From: Bacillota bacterium
Lineage (GTDB): Bacteria; Bacillota; Limnochordia; DTU087
Assembly: GCA_012798695.1 (NCBI GenBank)
Contig: JAAZMR010000046.1
Location: forward strand, 2,316-66,315
DNA length: 64,000 bases
Direction of reading: 5' to 3'
Below, one piece after another: positions 20,209-29,128 of the stretch. How positions within the stretch are numbered: position 1 is the first letter of the stretch; each line of letters opens with the position of its first letter. The translations under genes were made by a program, and so were the position numbers. The notes beneath the pieces are model-generated. The model worked only from the letters and a program-made list of their open reading frames with translations. It did no database searches and was not told where the DNA came from.

Positions 20209-20236
20209 ATGGGAGGATAGCCCTCTATCCTCCCAT
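20209..20236 (+). promoter_or_regulatory. Intra-operon stem-loop after the SBP gene
   Basis: ATGGGAGGATAG-CCCT-CTATCCTCCCAT perfect 12-bp stem, no U tract. Confidence 0.6.
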
Positions 20237-20269
20237 CATTAACCGAGGCATGAGAAAGGGTGACTACAT

Positions 20270-21181
20270 TTGCCAACTCCCCCTAGAACCCGTAAGCTAT
20301 CACTACAAACTAAAGAGACTATCACAGGATATCTGTTCATTATGCCGAGTATCCTGGGTATTCTCATATGGTTAGTAGGACCCATGATCTACTCTATTTG
20401 GCTGAGCCTAACCAAGTGGGATATCATCACTCCTGCCAAATATGTCGGGTTAGGGAACTTCAAGAAGCTATTTTTAAATGATACCCTTTTTTGGAAGTCT
20501 CTATGGGTGACGTTCTACTACACCATTGTCGCTGTCCCGCTCAATCTAGTTGCCGGTTTCCTCGTAGCCCTTCTGTTAAATACCAAGGTCAAAGGGATGA
20601 ATGCTTTCCGTACCATCTTCTATCTACCATCCATAGTCCCTCAGGTAGCCAATGCCATGCTGTGGCTGTGGCTGCTCAATCCTGAATTCGGTTTGGTCAA
20701 CACCTTTCTCCGCTCATTAGGTTTTCCTAAGGTGTTATGGCTGCAGGATGAGAGATGGGTAATGCCGGCCTTTTGGGTGATGGGCCTTTGGACTATTGGT
20801 GGTGGGATGCTGATTTATCTAGCCGGCCTGCAGGGTATTCCCGAGCAATTGTATGAAGCTGCCGAGATTGATGGAGCATCAGTTTGGGCCAAGTTTTGGC
20901 ACATCACCATTCCCCAAATGTCCCCGATCATCTTCTTCAACCTGATCATGGGTATCATTGGCTCTTTTCAGATCTTTACCTCCGGTTTCTTAATGACTAA
21001 CGGAGGTCCTAATAATGCTACTCTCTTTTATGTACTTTATCTATACCGAAATGCTTTTGAGTGGCTCAATATGGGCTACGCAGCTGCCTTGGCCTGGGTG
21101 CTGTTTGTCATAATACTATTGTTGACACTGCTCATTTTCCGCTCTTTGGGCGACAAAGTATACTATGATGATGTTCGATAG
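20270..21181 (+). CDS. Sugar ABC transporter permease (MalF/UgpA-like)
   Basis: EAA motif LYEAAEIDGA; VGLGNF; TNGGP; TM helices. Confidence 0.93.
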   Translation: MPTPPRTRKLSLQTKETITGYLFIMPSILGILIWLVGPMIYSIWLSLTKWDIITPAKYVGLGNFKKLFLNDTLFWKSLWVTFYYTIVAVPLNLVAGFLVALLLNTKVKGMNAFRTIFYLPSIVPQVANAMLWLWLLNPEFGLVNTFLRSLGFPKVLWLQDERWVMPAFWVMGLWTIGGGMLIYLAGLQGIPEQLYEAAEIDGASVWAKFWHITIPQMSPIIFFNLIMGIIGSFQIFTSGFLMTNGGPNNATLFYVLYLYRNAFEWLNMGYAAALAWVLFVIILLLTLLIFRSLGDKVYYDDVR

Positions 21182-21195
21182 GGAGGTGTGAAGGC

Positions 21196-22071
21196 ATGGC
21201 TTCAGAAACACAAGAACTGGAGATTGCGCTGCGGCGGTATCGGCGATTACATAAACTAGGGCGAGCAGTCATCTGGCTTCTGCTGGTAATTGGCGCTGCA
21301 TTGATGTTCATCCCTTTTCTATGGCTGGTCAGCAGTTCGCTGAAGAGTCCTGCTCAGCTTTGGGTGTTCCCTCCCCAATGGATTCCCAACCCAGTTAAAT
21401 GGTCTAATTACCGTGAGGCTCTCACCACACTGCCTTTTCACTTGTATTTCAGAAATACCATCTTGATTGTCGTCTTCACTCTATTGGGAGTTCTAGGCTC
21501 TTCATCGTTGAGTGCGTATGGATTCGCCCGCCTGCGGTTCCCCGGACGGGATGCCATATTCATGATCCTCCTTAGTACCATGATGCTCCCTGGGGTTGTC
21601 CTGATGATTCCCCAGTTCATCATGTTTCGTAACCTCGGGTGGATAGATACCTTTAAACCATTAATCGTCCCCAGCTATTTTGGTGGCGGTGCCTTCAATG
21701 TCTTCCTCCTGCGCCAATTCTTCCGCTCATTGCCCCAAGAGCTGTCTGATGCAGCGAGAATTGATGGCTGTGGAGAGTTTAGAATCTACTATAGAATCAT
21801 CCTGCCTCTGGCCAAGCCGGCACTGGCGACGATCGGCATATTTACTTTTATGGGGGCATGGAATGATTTTATGGGCCCCTTGATCTATCTAAATTCACCT
21901 GATAAGAGAACTCTAGCCTTGGGCCTAGCATCTTTCCGCAGCCTCTATGCGACTCACTGGAATCTACTCATGGCTGCTTCCACGGTGATGGTGATCCCGA
22001 TTATCATACTGTTTTTTGCAGCACAGAGACAGTTTGTCCAGGGCATAGTCTTGACCGGTCTAAAGGGTTAG
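21196..22071 (+). CDS. Sugar ABC transporter permease (MalG/UgpE-like)
   Basis: AYGFARLRFPGR, LSDAARIDG, WNDF, C-terminal GLKG. Confidence 0.93.
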   Translation: MASETQELEIALRRYRRLHKLGRAVIWLLLVIGAALMFIPFLWLVSSSLKSPAQLWVFPPQWIPNPVKWSNYREALTTLPFHLYFRNTILIVVFTLLGVLGSSSLSAYGFARLRFPGRDAIFMILLSTMMLPGVVLMIPQFIMFRNLGWIDTFKPLIVPSYFGGGAFNVFLLRQFFRSLPQELSDAARIDGCGEFRIYYRIILPLAKPALATIGIFTFMGAWNDFMGPLIYLNSPDKRTLALGLASFRSLYATHWNLLMAASTVMVIPIIILFFAAQRQFVQGIVLTGLKG

Positions 22072-22123
22072 ACTCGCTCCAACACCAGGCTCCAGATCAC
22101 GTGGAACAGCTCAGGATATACGA

Positions 22124-24004
22124 TTGGTTCGAAAGGAGAGTGGCAGTTTAGTGAAATATGAGATGCAGACACTAAACCCCCAACAAATTGAGCAGGTCGG
22201 TGGTTTTTTGGGAGAACGATTCCGATTAAATATGTCCAATCGGCTGATGAATCGAGCTATGGTAGAAGAGTTTATCGGCCTCCATGAACGCAAGAACTAT
22301 GATGACTGGTTCTGGATGGGGGAACAACTGGGCAAATGGCTTGATGCGGCAGCCTATAGCTGCCTGATCTCTCAGGATCAAGAGCTGCAGGACTATGTAA
22401 TCCAAGTCATCGACCGTCTGGCAGCTAGCCAGGAGGAAGATGGCTATATCGGTATCACAGCCGAGATTCACCGCAACCCGGTCCGGGGCATGCAGCTTTA
22501 TGAGTGGTACTACATGCTGCACGGGCTTCTGGTCTGCTATGATCTTCTCGGATCTACATTGGCCTTAGATATTGCCAACCGACTGGGCCAATACATTATT
22601 CGAACTTGGGGCCCAAAAGCAGAGCATTTCCCCCTGATGGGGCGGTTCCCCGGGAACGGCCATGATGGTGGAGAAGGGACCCTGATTCTGGAGCCTATAG
22701 TCATTTTGGGTATGCGCACCCAAGATCAACGCTTTATTGAGTGGGGAGAAGCGACTCTGGCCATGTGGGATGGTTGGAGTGATTTGTATCCAGAGAGCAT
22801 TCATACCGGGCCTTTGCGTCTGATGCGAGCAGTAGCTCAAGGTAAGGCCGATGTCCACAGCATTAGGAAGAATATCCACGCCCACACTTTGCACATGACC
22901 TTATTGGGCCTAGCGGCCCTTTATGATGCCACCGGTACAGAGGAATATCGAGAGATCGTCTTGGGATGTATTGATAATATTGCCGCCAAATACGTCTTTC
23001 TCACCGGTGGCATGAGCTCCGGTGAACGTTATGTCCCCTTTAGATACTACAACCCGCGCAACAATGTAGAAGTATGTCCTCAGCATACTTGGCTGCTTTT
23101 ACTGGATCAGGCCCTACGCTGGACCGGCCAGGCTAGGTATGCTGAAGAGATGGAAAGGACACTGTTTAACAGTTTCTTGGCGGCGCAAACCGCCGATGGC
23201 AGCAATTGGAGTTACATGACACCCCTGAACGGCCGAGCTCAAAGGCCAGGAAGCCCTAATTGCTGTAACGCTGCCGGGCACCGCATCGTCGGACGCATGC
23301 CCACGTATCTATATGGTCAGTTGGATAATGGGATTGCAGTCCATATCTATACAGAGTCTGAAGCAGCATTTGAGCTGAGTAACAGCACATGTGTAAGGCT
23401 GCGGCAAGTCACCACATATCCCACACAAGGTTCAGTGACATTGCATGTAGAGCCTGATCATTTGACTAGATTTGCCTTCCACCTGCGGGTTCCCTCTTTC
23501 GCTGAAGGCGCTCAGATTGCCGTAAACGGAGAGCCCATTCCTGACATCAAACAAGGAACTTATGCTGTGATTGAACGTGAATGGCAGGCAGGCGATACCG
23601 TCTCTTTGCACCTGCCCCTGAAGGTAAGAGCACAGGCGGGACGGCATGAAATCGCTTTGATCCGGGGCCCTCTAGTTTATGCATACTTCCAGAACTGGCA
23701 AGACGACCCCGAGAGATTCCATTGGAGTCAGGGCCTTTATCCAGATGATATAGAGCTGCTCATAGACCCAAGCAGTATTGCGGAGGATGTGTTAGAAGTC
23801 CCAGCACCCCCTGCCTGCCTGGGACCAGCTCTAAGAGTCAAGGCCTTTCAGAAAGAGCGGGCACCTCTGTTTGCCAACCCGGAGGCCAATAAACAGCTGC
23901 CCCCGGGAGGAGAGACAGAGGCACTCTTGATGCCCTTTGCCAACCAGGGAACGCGTAGTGGTCACTATGCGGTATTTCTGGATTATGTTTCATCAAAGAA
24001 GTAA
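22124..24004 (+). CDS. Divergent GH127/GH146-type (beta-L-arabinofuranosidase-like) cysteine glycosidase
   Basis: GKWLDAA, QEEDGY, TGG...GE, EVC and NCC (Glu/Cys3 Zn site), LRVP, RGPLVY. Start may be GTG 22151. Confidence 0.8.
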   Translation: MVRKESGSLVKYEMQTLNPQQIEQVGGFLGERFRLNMSNRLMNRAMVEEFIGLHERKNYDDWFWMGEQLGKWLDAAAYSCLISQDQELQDYVIQVIDRLAASQEEDGYIGITAEIHRNPVRGMQLYEWYYMLHGLLVCYDLLGSTLALDIANRLGQYIIRTWGPKAEHFPLMGRFPGNGHDGGEGTLILEPIVILGMRTQDQRFIEWGEATLAMWDGWSDLYPESIHTGPLRLMRAVAQGKADVHSIRKNIHAHTLHMTLLGLAALYDATGTEEYREIVLGCIDNIAAKYVFLTGGMSSGERYVPFRYYNPRNNVEVCPQHTWLLLLDQALRWTGQARYAEEMERTLFNSFLAAQTADGSNWSYMTPLNGRAQRPGSPNCCNAAGHRIVGRMPTYLYGQLDNGIAVHIYTESEAAFELSNSTCVRLRQVTTYPTQGSVTLHVEPDHLTRFAFHLRVPSFAEGAQIAVNGEPIPDIKQGTYAVIEREWQAGDTVSLHLPLKVRAQAGRHEIALIRGPLVYAYFQNWQDDPERFHWSQGLYPDDIELLIDPSSIAEDVLEVPAPPACLGPALRVKAFQKERAPLFANPEANKQLPPGGETEALLMPFANQGTRSGHYAVFLDYVSSKK

Positions 24005-24142
24005 GTGATTCTCAACTAGGCAAACCGGCATAGCTAGTTTACATAAATCTCACAGCAAACGAGAGGTGGTGGTAGGGAAAAAACATGCTGCTAGTAGTTG
24101 GGATCAACTGGCTTAGTTAAAAATGAGAGGAGTTCACTGCAA

Positions 24143-25429
24143 ATGGAAAGACGACATGGGTTGACCCTAATTGTTGTGCTGCTCCTAGTCTCGGTTTTAG
24201 CTTCAGCAGCTGGTGCTAAAGTAAAGCTGCAGTTCATGGGATGGGAGGCCAGCCCCTTAGAAACACAAAGTGTAATGCAGGGCCTCGAATTGTTTATGAA
24301 ACAAAACCCTGATGTAGAAGTTGAATATATCGCCGGCCGATGGGCAGAACACCACACCAAACTATTGACCATGATGGCAGGAGGAGCAGCCCCTGATGTC
24401 TTCTTCATGGGAGCTGAACCTTTCTACCGTGATTTTCAAAAGCGTGGTGTGCTGTATGACATAACCAGCCTCTTTGATTCGGAGCTGGAGCTAGACGAGT
24501 TTATCCCTCTCGATCAAGAGAAGATGCTGATCAATGGCCATATCTACGGAATCAGCAGCTGCATCGTTTGCCCTGTATTGTACTACAACAAGAATATGTT
24601 CGATGAAGCCGGCCTACCTTATCCTCCCCACAACCCTGACCAAGCATGGACATGGGACGAATTTCTGAATGTGGCCAAGAAACTTACCCTGGAAAAAGGC
24701 GGTAGAACCACCCAATTTGGCGCCTATGGGTTTGAGGGTTATTGGTGGCCTATGGTTTGGTCCAACCAGGGAGAGATTTTCACAGAGGATTACAGCCGCT
24801 GTATATTGGCTGATGATGCCAATGCCCAAGAGGCACTGCAGAAACAATTGGACTTGCGTTTAGTCCATGGAGTCGCACCAGATTCCTCCTATATGGAGAA
24901 TATCGGCATGAGTGCAGCTCAGATGCTGCAAACCGGCCGTGTCGCCATGTTGGTAGATGGTTCCTGGGCATTGCAGGAATTATCTCAGATGGATTTCCCA
25001 GTAGGGGTTGCCCCACTACCTGTATTCAAAGTTCCTGCAACTTCTGGTACTGCACACCTCCATTCCATCTGGAAAGGCACCAAGCATCCAGAACCTGCTT
25101 GGCGATTAGTCAAGTTCCTTTCCTCCAAGGAATACCAGATTGATCTAGTCCGCAGCGGGTTGTGGATGCCCAACCGTACTGAAATGTACTCAGAGAATGG
25201 TATCAAGGAATGGCTGGATCCTATGGTATATCCCCCAGGATTTGAAGAGGTCATTCCCTTCTTTACTAAGTACGCCAGGCCCCATCCGGGGATCATGGTT
25301 CCCAAGGAAGCATGGGACGTACTTTCCGAAGAGCTGGATTATTTCTGGCACGATAACCAGGACTTGGACCAGGTGCTCAAGCGACTGACCAAGCGAGTAA
25401 ACGATATATTGGCCGCTGAAGCCAAGTAG
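24143..25429 (+). CDS. Sugar ABC transporter substrate-binding protein (family 1), paralog of 18854-20197
   Basis: MERRHG...AAGA signal peptide; FMGW, AGGAAPDVF, LYYNKNMF, WTWDEF. Start refined to ATG 24143 (GAGGAG SD). Confidence 0.92.
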   Translation: MERRHGLTLIVVLLLVSVLASAAGAKVKLQFMGWEASPLETQSVMQGLELFMKQNPDVEVEYIAGRWAEHHTKLLTMMAGGAAPDVFFMGAEPFYRDFQKRGVLYDITSLFDSELELDEFIPLDQEKMLINGHIYGISSCIVCPVLYYNKNMFDEAGLPYPPHNPDQAWTWDEFLNVAKKLTLEKGGRTTQFGAYGFEGYWWPMVWSNQGEIFTEDYSRCILADDANAQEALQKQLDLRLVHGVAPDSSYMENIGMSAAQMLQTGRVAMLVDGSWALQELSQMDFPVGVAPLPVFKVPATSGTAHLHSIWKGTKHPEPAWRLVKFLSSKEYQIDLVRSGLWMPNRTEMYSENGIKEWLDPMVYPPGFEEVIPFFTKYARPHPGIMVPKEAWDVLSEELDYFWHDNQDLDQVLKRLTKRVNDILAAEAK

Positions 25430-25442
25430 AAGGAAGAGATTT

Positions 25443-25475
25443 GGGCATACCTCGGTTAACAACCGGGGTATGCCC
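25443..25475 (+). promoter_or_regulatory. Intra-operon stem-loop after the second SBP gene
   Basis: GGGCATACCTCGGTT-AAC-AACCGGGGTATGCCC, 15-bp stem with one G-U pair. Confidence 0.6.
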
Positions 25476-25491
25476 GCTTGGGGGGATAATC

Positions 25492-26394
25492 GTGAGCAAG
25501 GGCTTCGAAGTATCGTTCTGGAAACGCCTAGCATACAGTGACCATTTCTGGGCAATCGTCTTGCTCTTACCTAACCTCTTAGGATTCCTGATCTTTATGC
25601 TGTTTCCCATGCTGGCCTCCTTTGGACTCAGTTTCGTCAAATGGGATCTGCTCACTCCCATGCAGTGGTGTGGCCTGGGCAACTACCGAGAACTGATCGC
25701 GGATGTTACATTTCGTAAAGTCTTGTGGAACACTGTCTATTACACTATTGGCTCAGTGCCCATTGGTATAGTCATCGCCTTTTTCCTGGCCTTGGCCCTA
25801 AACCAGAAGATTCCTTTTGTCAAGACCTATCGGGGAATCTACTTCTTGCCGGTCATCACATCAATGGTCGCGGTTGGGATTGTCTGGCAGTGGATATATA
25901 ACCCGGAATTCGGCTTGGTCAACTATCTGCTGGGGCTAGTCGGCATCCAAGGCCCTACATGGCTATCGAGTGTGAAATGGGCTATGCCGGCAGTAATACT
26001 GGTCAGCATCTGGAAAGGTTTGGGCTTCAATATGGTATTGTTCCTGGCTGGACTGCAGGGCATCCCGGAAGTCTACTATGAAGCAGCCGAGATCGATGGA
26101 GCCAGCTGGCTGGCAAAGATGTGGTATATTACTATTCCCTTGCTGTCGCCAACCACCTTGTTTGTGGTCATCATGTCGGTCATCGGCTCCTTCCAGGCCT
26201 TTGACCTGATCTATGTCATGACCCGGGGAGGGCCTGCTCGCAGTACATCCGTACTCGTCCACTATTTGTATCAATGTGCCTTTGAGTATTTCAAGATGGG
26301 GTATGCCAGTGCTATGGCCTATATCCTCTTCTTCTTGGTATTTCTAGTTACCCTAATTCAGCTTAAAGGATCTCAGAACTGGGTTGTCTACTAA
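25492..26394 (+). CDS. Sugar ABC transporter permease (MalF-like)
   Basis: YYEAAEIDGA, TRGGP. Start refined to GTG 25492 after GGGGGA. Confidence 0.92.
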   Translation: MSKGFEVSFWKRLAYSDHFWAIVLLLPNLLGFLIFMLFPMLASFGLSFVKWDLLTPMQWCGLGNYRELIADVTFRKVLWNTVYYTIGSVPIGIVIAFFLALALNQKIPFVKTYRGIYFLPVITSMVAVGIVWQWIYNPEFGLVNYLLGLVGIQGPTWLSSVKWAMPAVILVSIWKGLGFNMVLFLAGLQGIPEVYYEAAEIDGASWLAKMWYITIPLLSPTTLFVVIMSVIGSFQAFDLIYVMTRGGPARSTSVLVHYLYQCAFEYFKMGYASAMAYILFFLVFLVTLIQLKGSQNWVVY

Positions 26395-26408
26395 GGGGGT
26401 GGAAATAA

Positions 26409-27233
26409 TTGAGATCCAGTCGCGCAACACGTTTCGCAGCACAAACCATCTTGATCTTGGGAGCCTTGACTATGTTAATCCCATTTGTCTGGATGATCAG
26501 TACATCGTTTAAGTCCTTACCCGAGGTCTTTAGATTTCCCCCCACCCTATTCGGGAAGCGGATAGTGTGGGAAAACTATCTCCATATCGCTGATCGTTTT
26601 CCTTTCATGAAATTCTTTATGAACAGCCTGAAGATCTCGGTAATCGTCACCATAGGCCAGTTGATTACCTGTTCTATGGGTGGCTTCGCCTTTGCTCGAC
26701 TGAAGTTCCCTTTCCGAGATGGCCTGTTTGCACTCTATTTGGCAACTTTGATTATCCCCTTTCACGTAACCCTCATACCAGTTTTCCTGATGATGCGTGC
26801 ATTGGGATGGATCGATACTCACCAAGCCTTGATCATACCTGCTCTAGTCAGCCCTTTTGGTACTTTTCTGTTACGTCAATTCTTTCTTACGATACCCTTG
26901 GAGCTAGAAGAGGCAGCTAGAATAGATGGCTGTACTCCTTTTGGCATCTACTGGCGCATATTTGTGCCTTTATCGAGACCGGCGATGGCCACACTCGGGC
27001 TTTTCACCTTTATGGGTACTTGGAATGACTTTATTCGGCCTCTGATTTTCATCAATAGTGTCCAAGCACGGACCCTGCCCTTGGGGTTAGCGGCACTGCA
27101 AACCATGTATACCACTGATTGGCCTGTCCTGATGGCAGGTTCAGTAATCAGTGTCATGCCGGTGATTGGTGTGTTCTTATTGTCCCAGGAGTTCTTTATC
27201 CAGGGGATCACCTTATCGGGCCTCAAAGGATAA
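26409..27233 (+). CDS. Sugar ABC transporter permease (MalG-like)
   Basis: FAFARLKFPFR, LEEAARIDG, WNDF, C-terminal GLKG. Confidence 0.93.
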   Translation: MRSSRATRFAAQTILILGALTMLIPFVWMISTSFKSLPEVFRFPPTLFGKRIVWENYLHIADRFPFMKFFMNSLKISVIVTIGQLITCSMGGFAFARLKFPFRDGLFALYLATLIIPFHVTLIPVFLMMRALGWIDTHQALIIPALVSPFGTFLLRQFFLTIPLELEEAARIDGCTPFGIYWRIFVPLSRPAMATLGLFTFMGTWNDFIRPLIFINSVQARTLPLGLAALQTMYTTDWPVLMAGSVISVMPVIGVFLLSQEFFIQGITLSGLKG

Positions 27234-27275
27234 AGGATTCTGGAAGCCGAAAACAAGCAGACAAGGAGGAGTATC

Positions 27276-29048
27276 ATGAAGTATGCGTTTCAGTCCATAG
27301 TGCCCGGCAATGTTACACTGCTGCCGAGCCTTTTCTATGAGAGGTTTCGCATCAACCGGAAGTACATGATGAGTCTGGAGAATGATCATCTCTTGCAGAA
27401 CCACTACTTCGAAGCAGGCCTGTGGAGTGTGCCCAATCGGCCCAAAGACTGCCACTGGGGCTGGGAATCCCCCACCTGTCAGCTCAGAGGGCACTTCTTG
27501 GGGCACTGGCTATCTGGTGCAGCCCGCATCTATGCCTGGGCAAAAGATGAGGAGATCAAGGCAAAGGCAGATTACATTGTATCAGAACTAGCCCATTGCC
27601 AGGTGGAGAACGGCGGCGAATGGGCAGGGTCGATCCCGGAAAAGTACTTCGATTGGATTGCCCGGGGCAAACGGGTCTGGGCTCCCCACTACACAGTTCA
27701 CAAAACCCTCATGGGCCTATATGACATGTTTGAGCTGGCAGATAATGAGCAGGCCCTGGATGTGCTGATCAAGTGGGCCAAGTGGTTTCACCGCTGGACC
27801 GGCCAGTTTTCTCGACAAGAACTAGACGATATTCTCGATGTGGAAACCGGCGGCATGCTGGAGGTCTGGGCTAATCTCTATGGGGTGACGAAACAGCAAG
27901 AACACTTGGATCTCATAGAACGCTACGATCGTCGCAGATTGTTTGATCGCCTACTAGCCGGCGAAGATGTCTTAACCAACATGCACGCTAATACCACGAT
28001 TCCCGAGGTGCATGGTGCAGCCCGTGCGTGGGAAGTAACGGGTGACAGCCGTTGGCGAGACATTGTCGAGACTTACTGGAAACTGGCAGTAACTGAGCGA
28101 GGCTCCTATTGTACTGGTAGTCAGACCAGTGGCGAGATCTGGACTCCTCCTGGTGAGTTTGCACCACGGTTAGGAGACAAGAACCAGGAACACTGTGTGC
28201 CGTATAACATGATGCGTTTGGCACAGTATCTGTTCCGCTGGACGGGAGACATAGAGTATGCAGATTACTGGGAGCGCAACCTCTATAATGGCATACTCGC
28301 CCAGCAGCACCCAGATACGGGCATGGTAGCATATTTCCTGCCTTTGGAAGCCGGTGCAGTCAAGAAATGGGGCACCCCTACTGAGGACTTCTGGTGTTGT
28401 CACGGCACATTAGTCCAAGCCCACAGTACCTATTATGATAATATCTATTTTGCTGCCGATAAGACCCTAGTCGTCAATCAATACATCCCCAGTAAAATCA
28501 AGTGGACCTTCGATAATACCGATGTGGAGATCATCCAGACTCTTGATACTCAAACAGAGAAAGCCCAGCGCCCTGAGAGTGTTGCCTTTGATTTAATCAT
28601 CAAGGCGAAGCGCCCGGTGGACTTTTCTATCGATATCCGTTTACCTTGGTGGCTGAAGGGAACTCCAGTGGTGACGATTAACGGAATTTCCGAGCCGGTT
28701 GGCCACCAGCCTTCCAGCTACCATAAGCTCACCCGCACCTGGTCTCAAGATAAGGTCCATATAGAGCTGCCCAAGGGCCTCACAACTGAGCCATTGGCAG
28801 ATCTGCCCAATATGGTTGCCTTCATGGATGGGCCGGTGGTATTGGCGGGGCTATGTGATGAGGAGCGGGCCCTATACGGCGATCCCGAGCAGCCCGAAAC
28901 CATACTCACACCGGATAACGTACGTGAGTGGGAGTTTTGGCTGCCAGGTTACCGAACCGTCAACCAGGATCGGGGTCTGCGATTCTTGCCCCTTTATGAA
29001 ATCCGTGATCAGCGCTATACGGTATATTTTCCAATCAAAGAACTTTAG
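27276..29048 (+). CDS. GH146-type beta-L-arabinofuranosidase-like protein
   Basis: WGWE...LRGHFLGHWLS, WAPHYTVHK, ETGGM, HANTTIP, EHC, FWCCHGT. Confidence 0.82.
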   Translation: MKYAFQSIVPGNVTLLPSLFYERFRINRKYMMSLENDHLLQNHYFEAGLWSVPNRPKDCHWGWESPTCQLRGHFLGHWLSGAARIYAWAKDEEIKAKADYIVSELAHCQVENGGEWAGSIPEKYFDWIARGKRVWAPHYTVHKTLMGLYDMFELADNEQALDVLIKWAKWFHRWTGQFSRQELDDILDVETGGMLEVWANLYGVTKQQEHLDLIERYDRRRLFDRLLAGEDVLTNMHANTTIPEVHGAARAWEVTGDSRWRDIVETYWKLAVTERGSYCTGSQTSGEIWTPPGEFAPRLGDKNQEHCVPYNMMRLAQYLFRWTGDIEYADYWERNLYNGILAQQHPDTGMVAYFLPLEAGAVKKWGTPTEDFWCCHGTLVQAHSTYYDNIYFAADKTLVVNQYIPSKIKWTFDNTDVEIIQTLDTQTEKAQRPESVAFDLIIKAKRPVDFSIDIRLPWWLKGTPVVTINGISEPVGHQPSSYHKLTRTWSQDKVHIELPKGLTTEPLADLPNMVAFMDGPVVLAGLCDEERALYGDPEQPETILTPDNVREWEFWLPGYRTVNQDRGLRFLPLYEIRDQRYTVYFPIKEL

Positions 29049-29128
29049 GAGTCAAAGGCATAGTATCACAAGCTAAGCAGAGTGGTGATTAGGCGATTAT
29101 CTCAACAAGCATAAAGAGAGGTGTCGAT

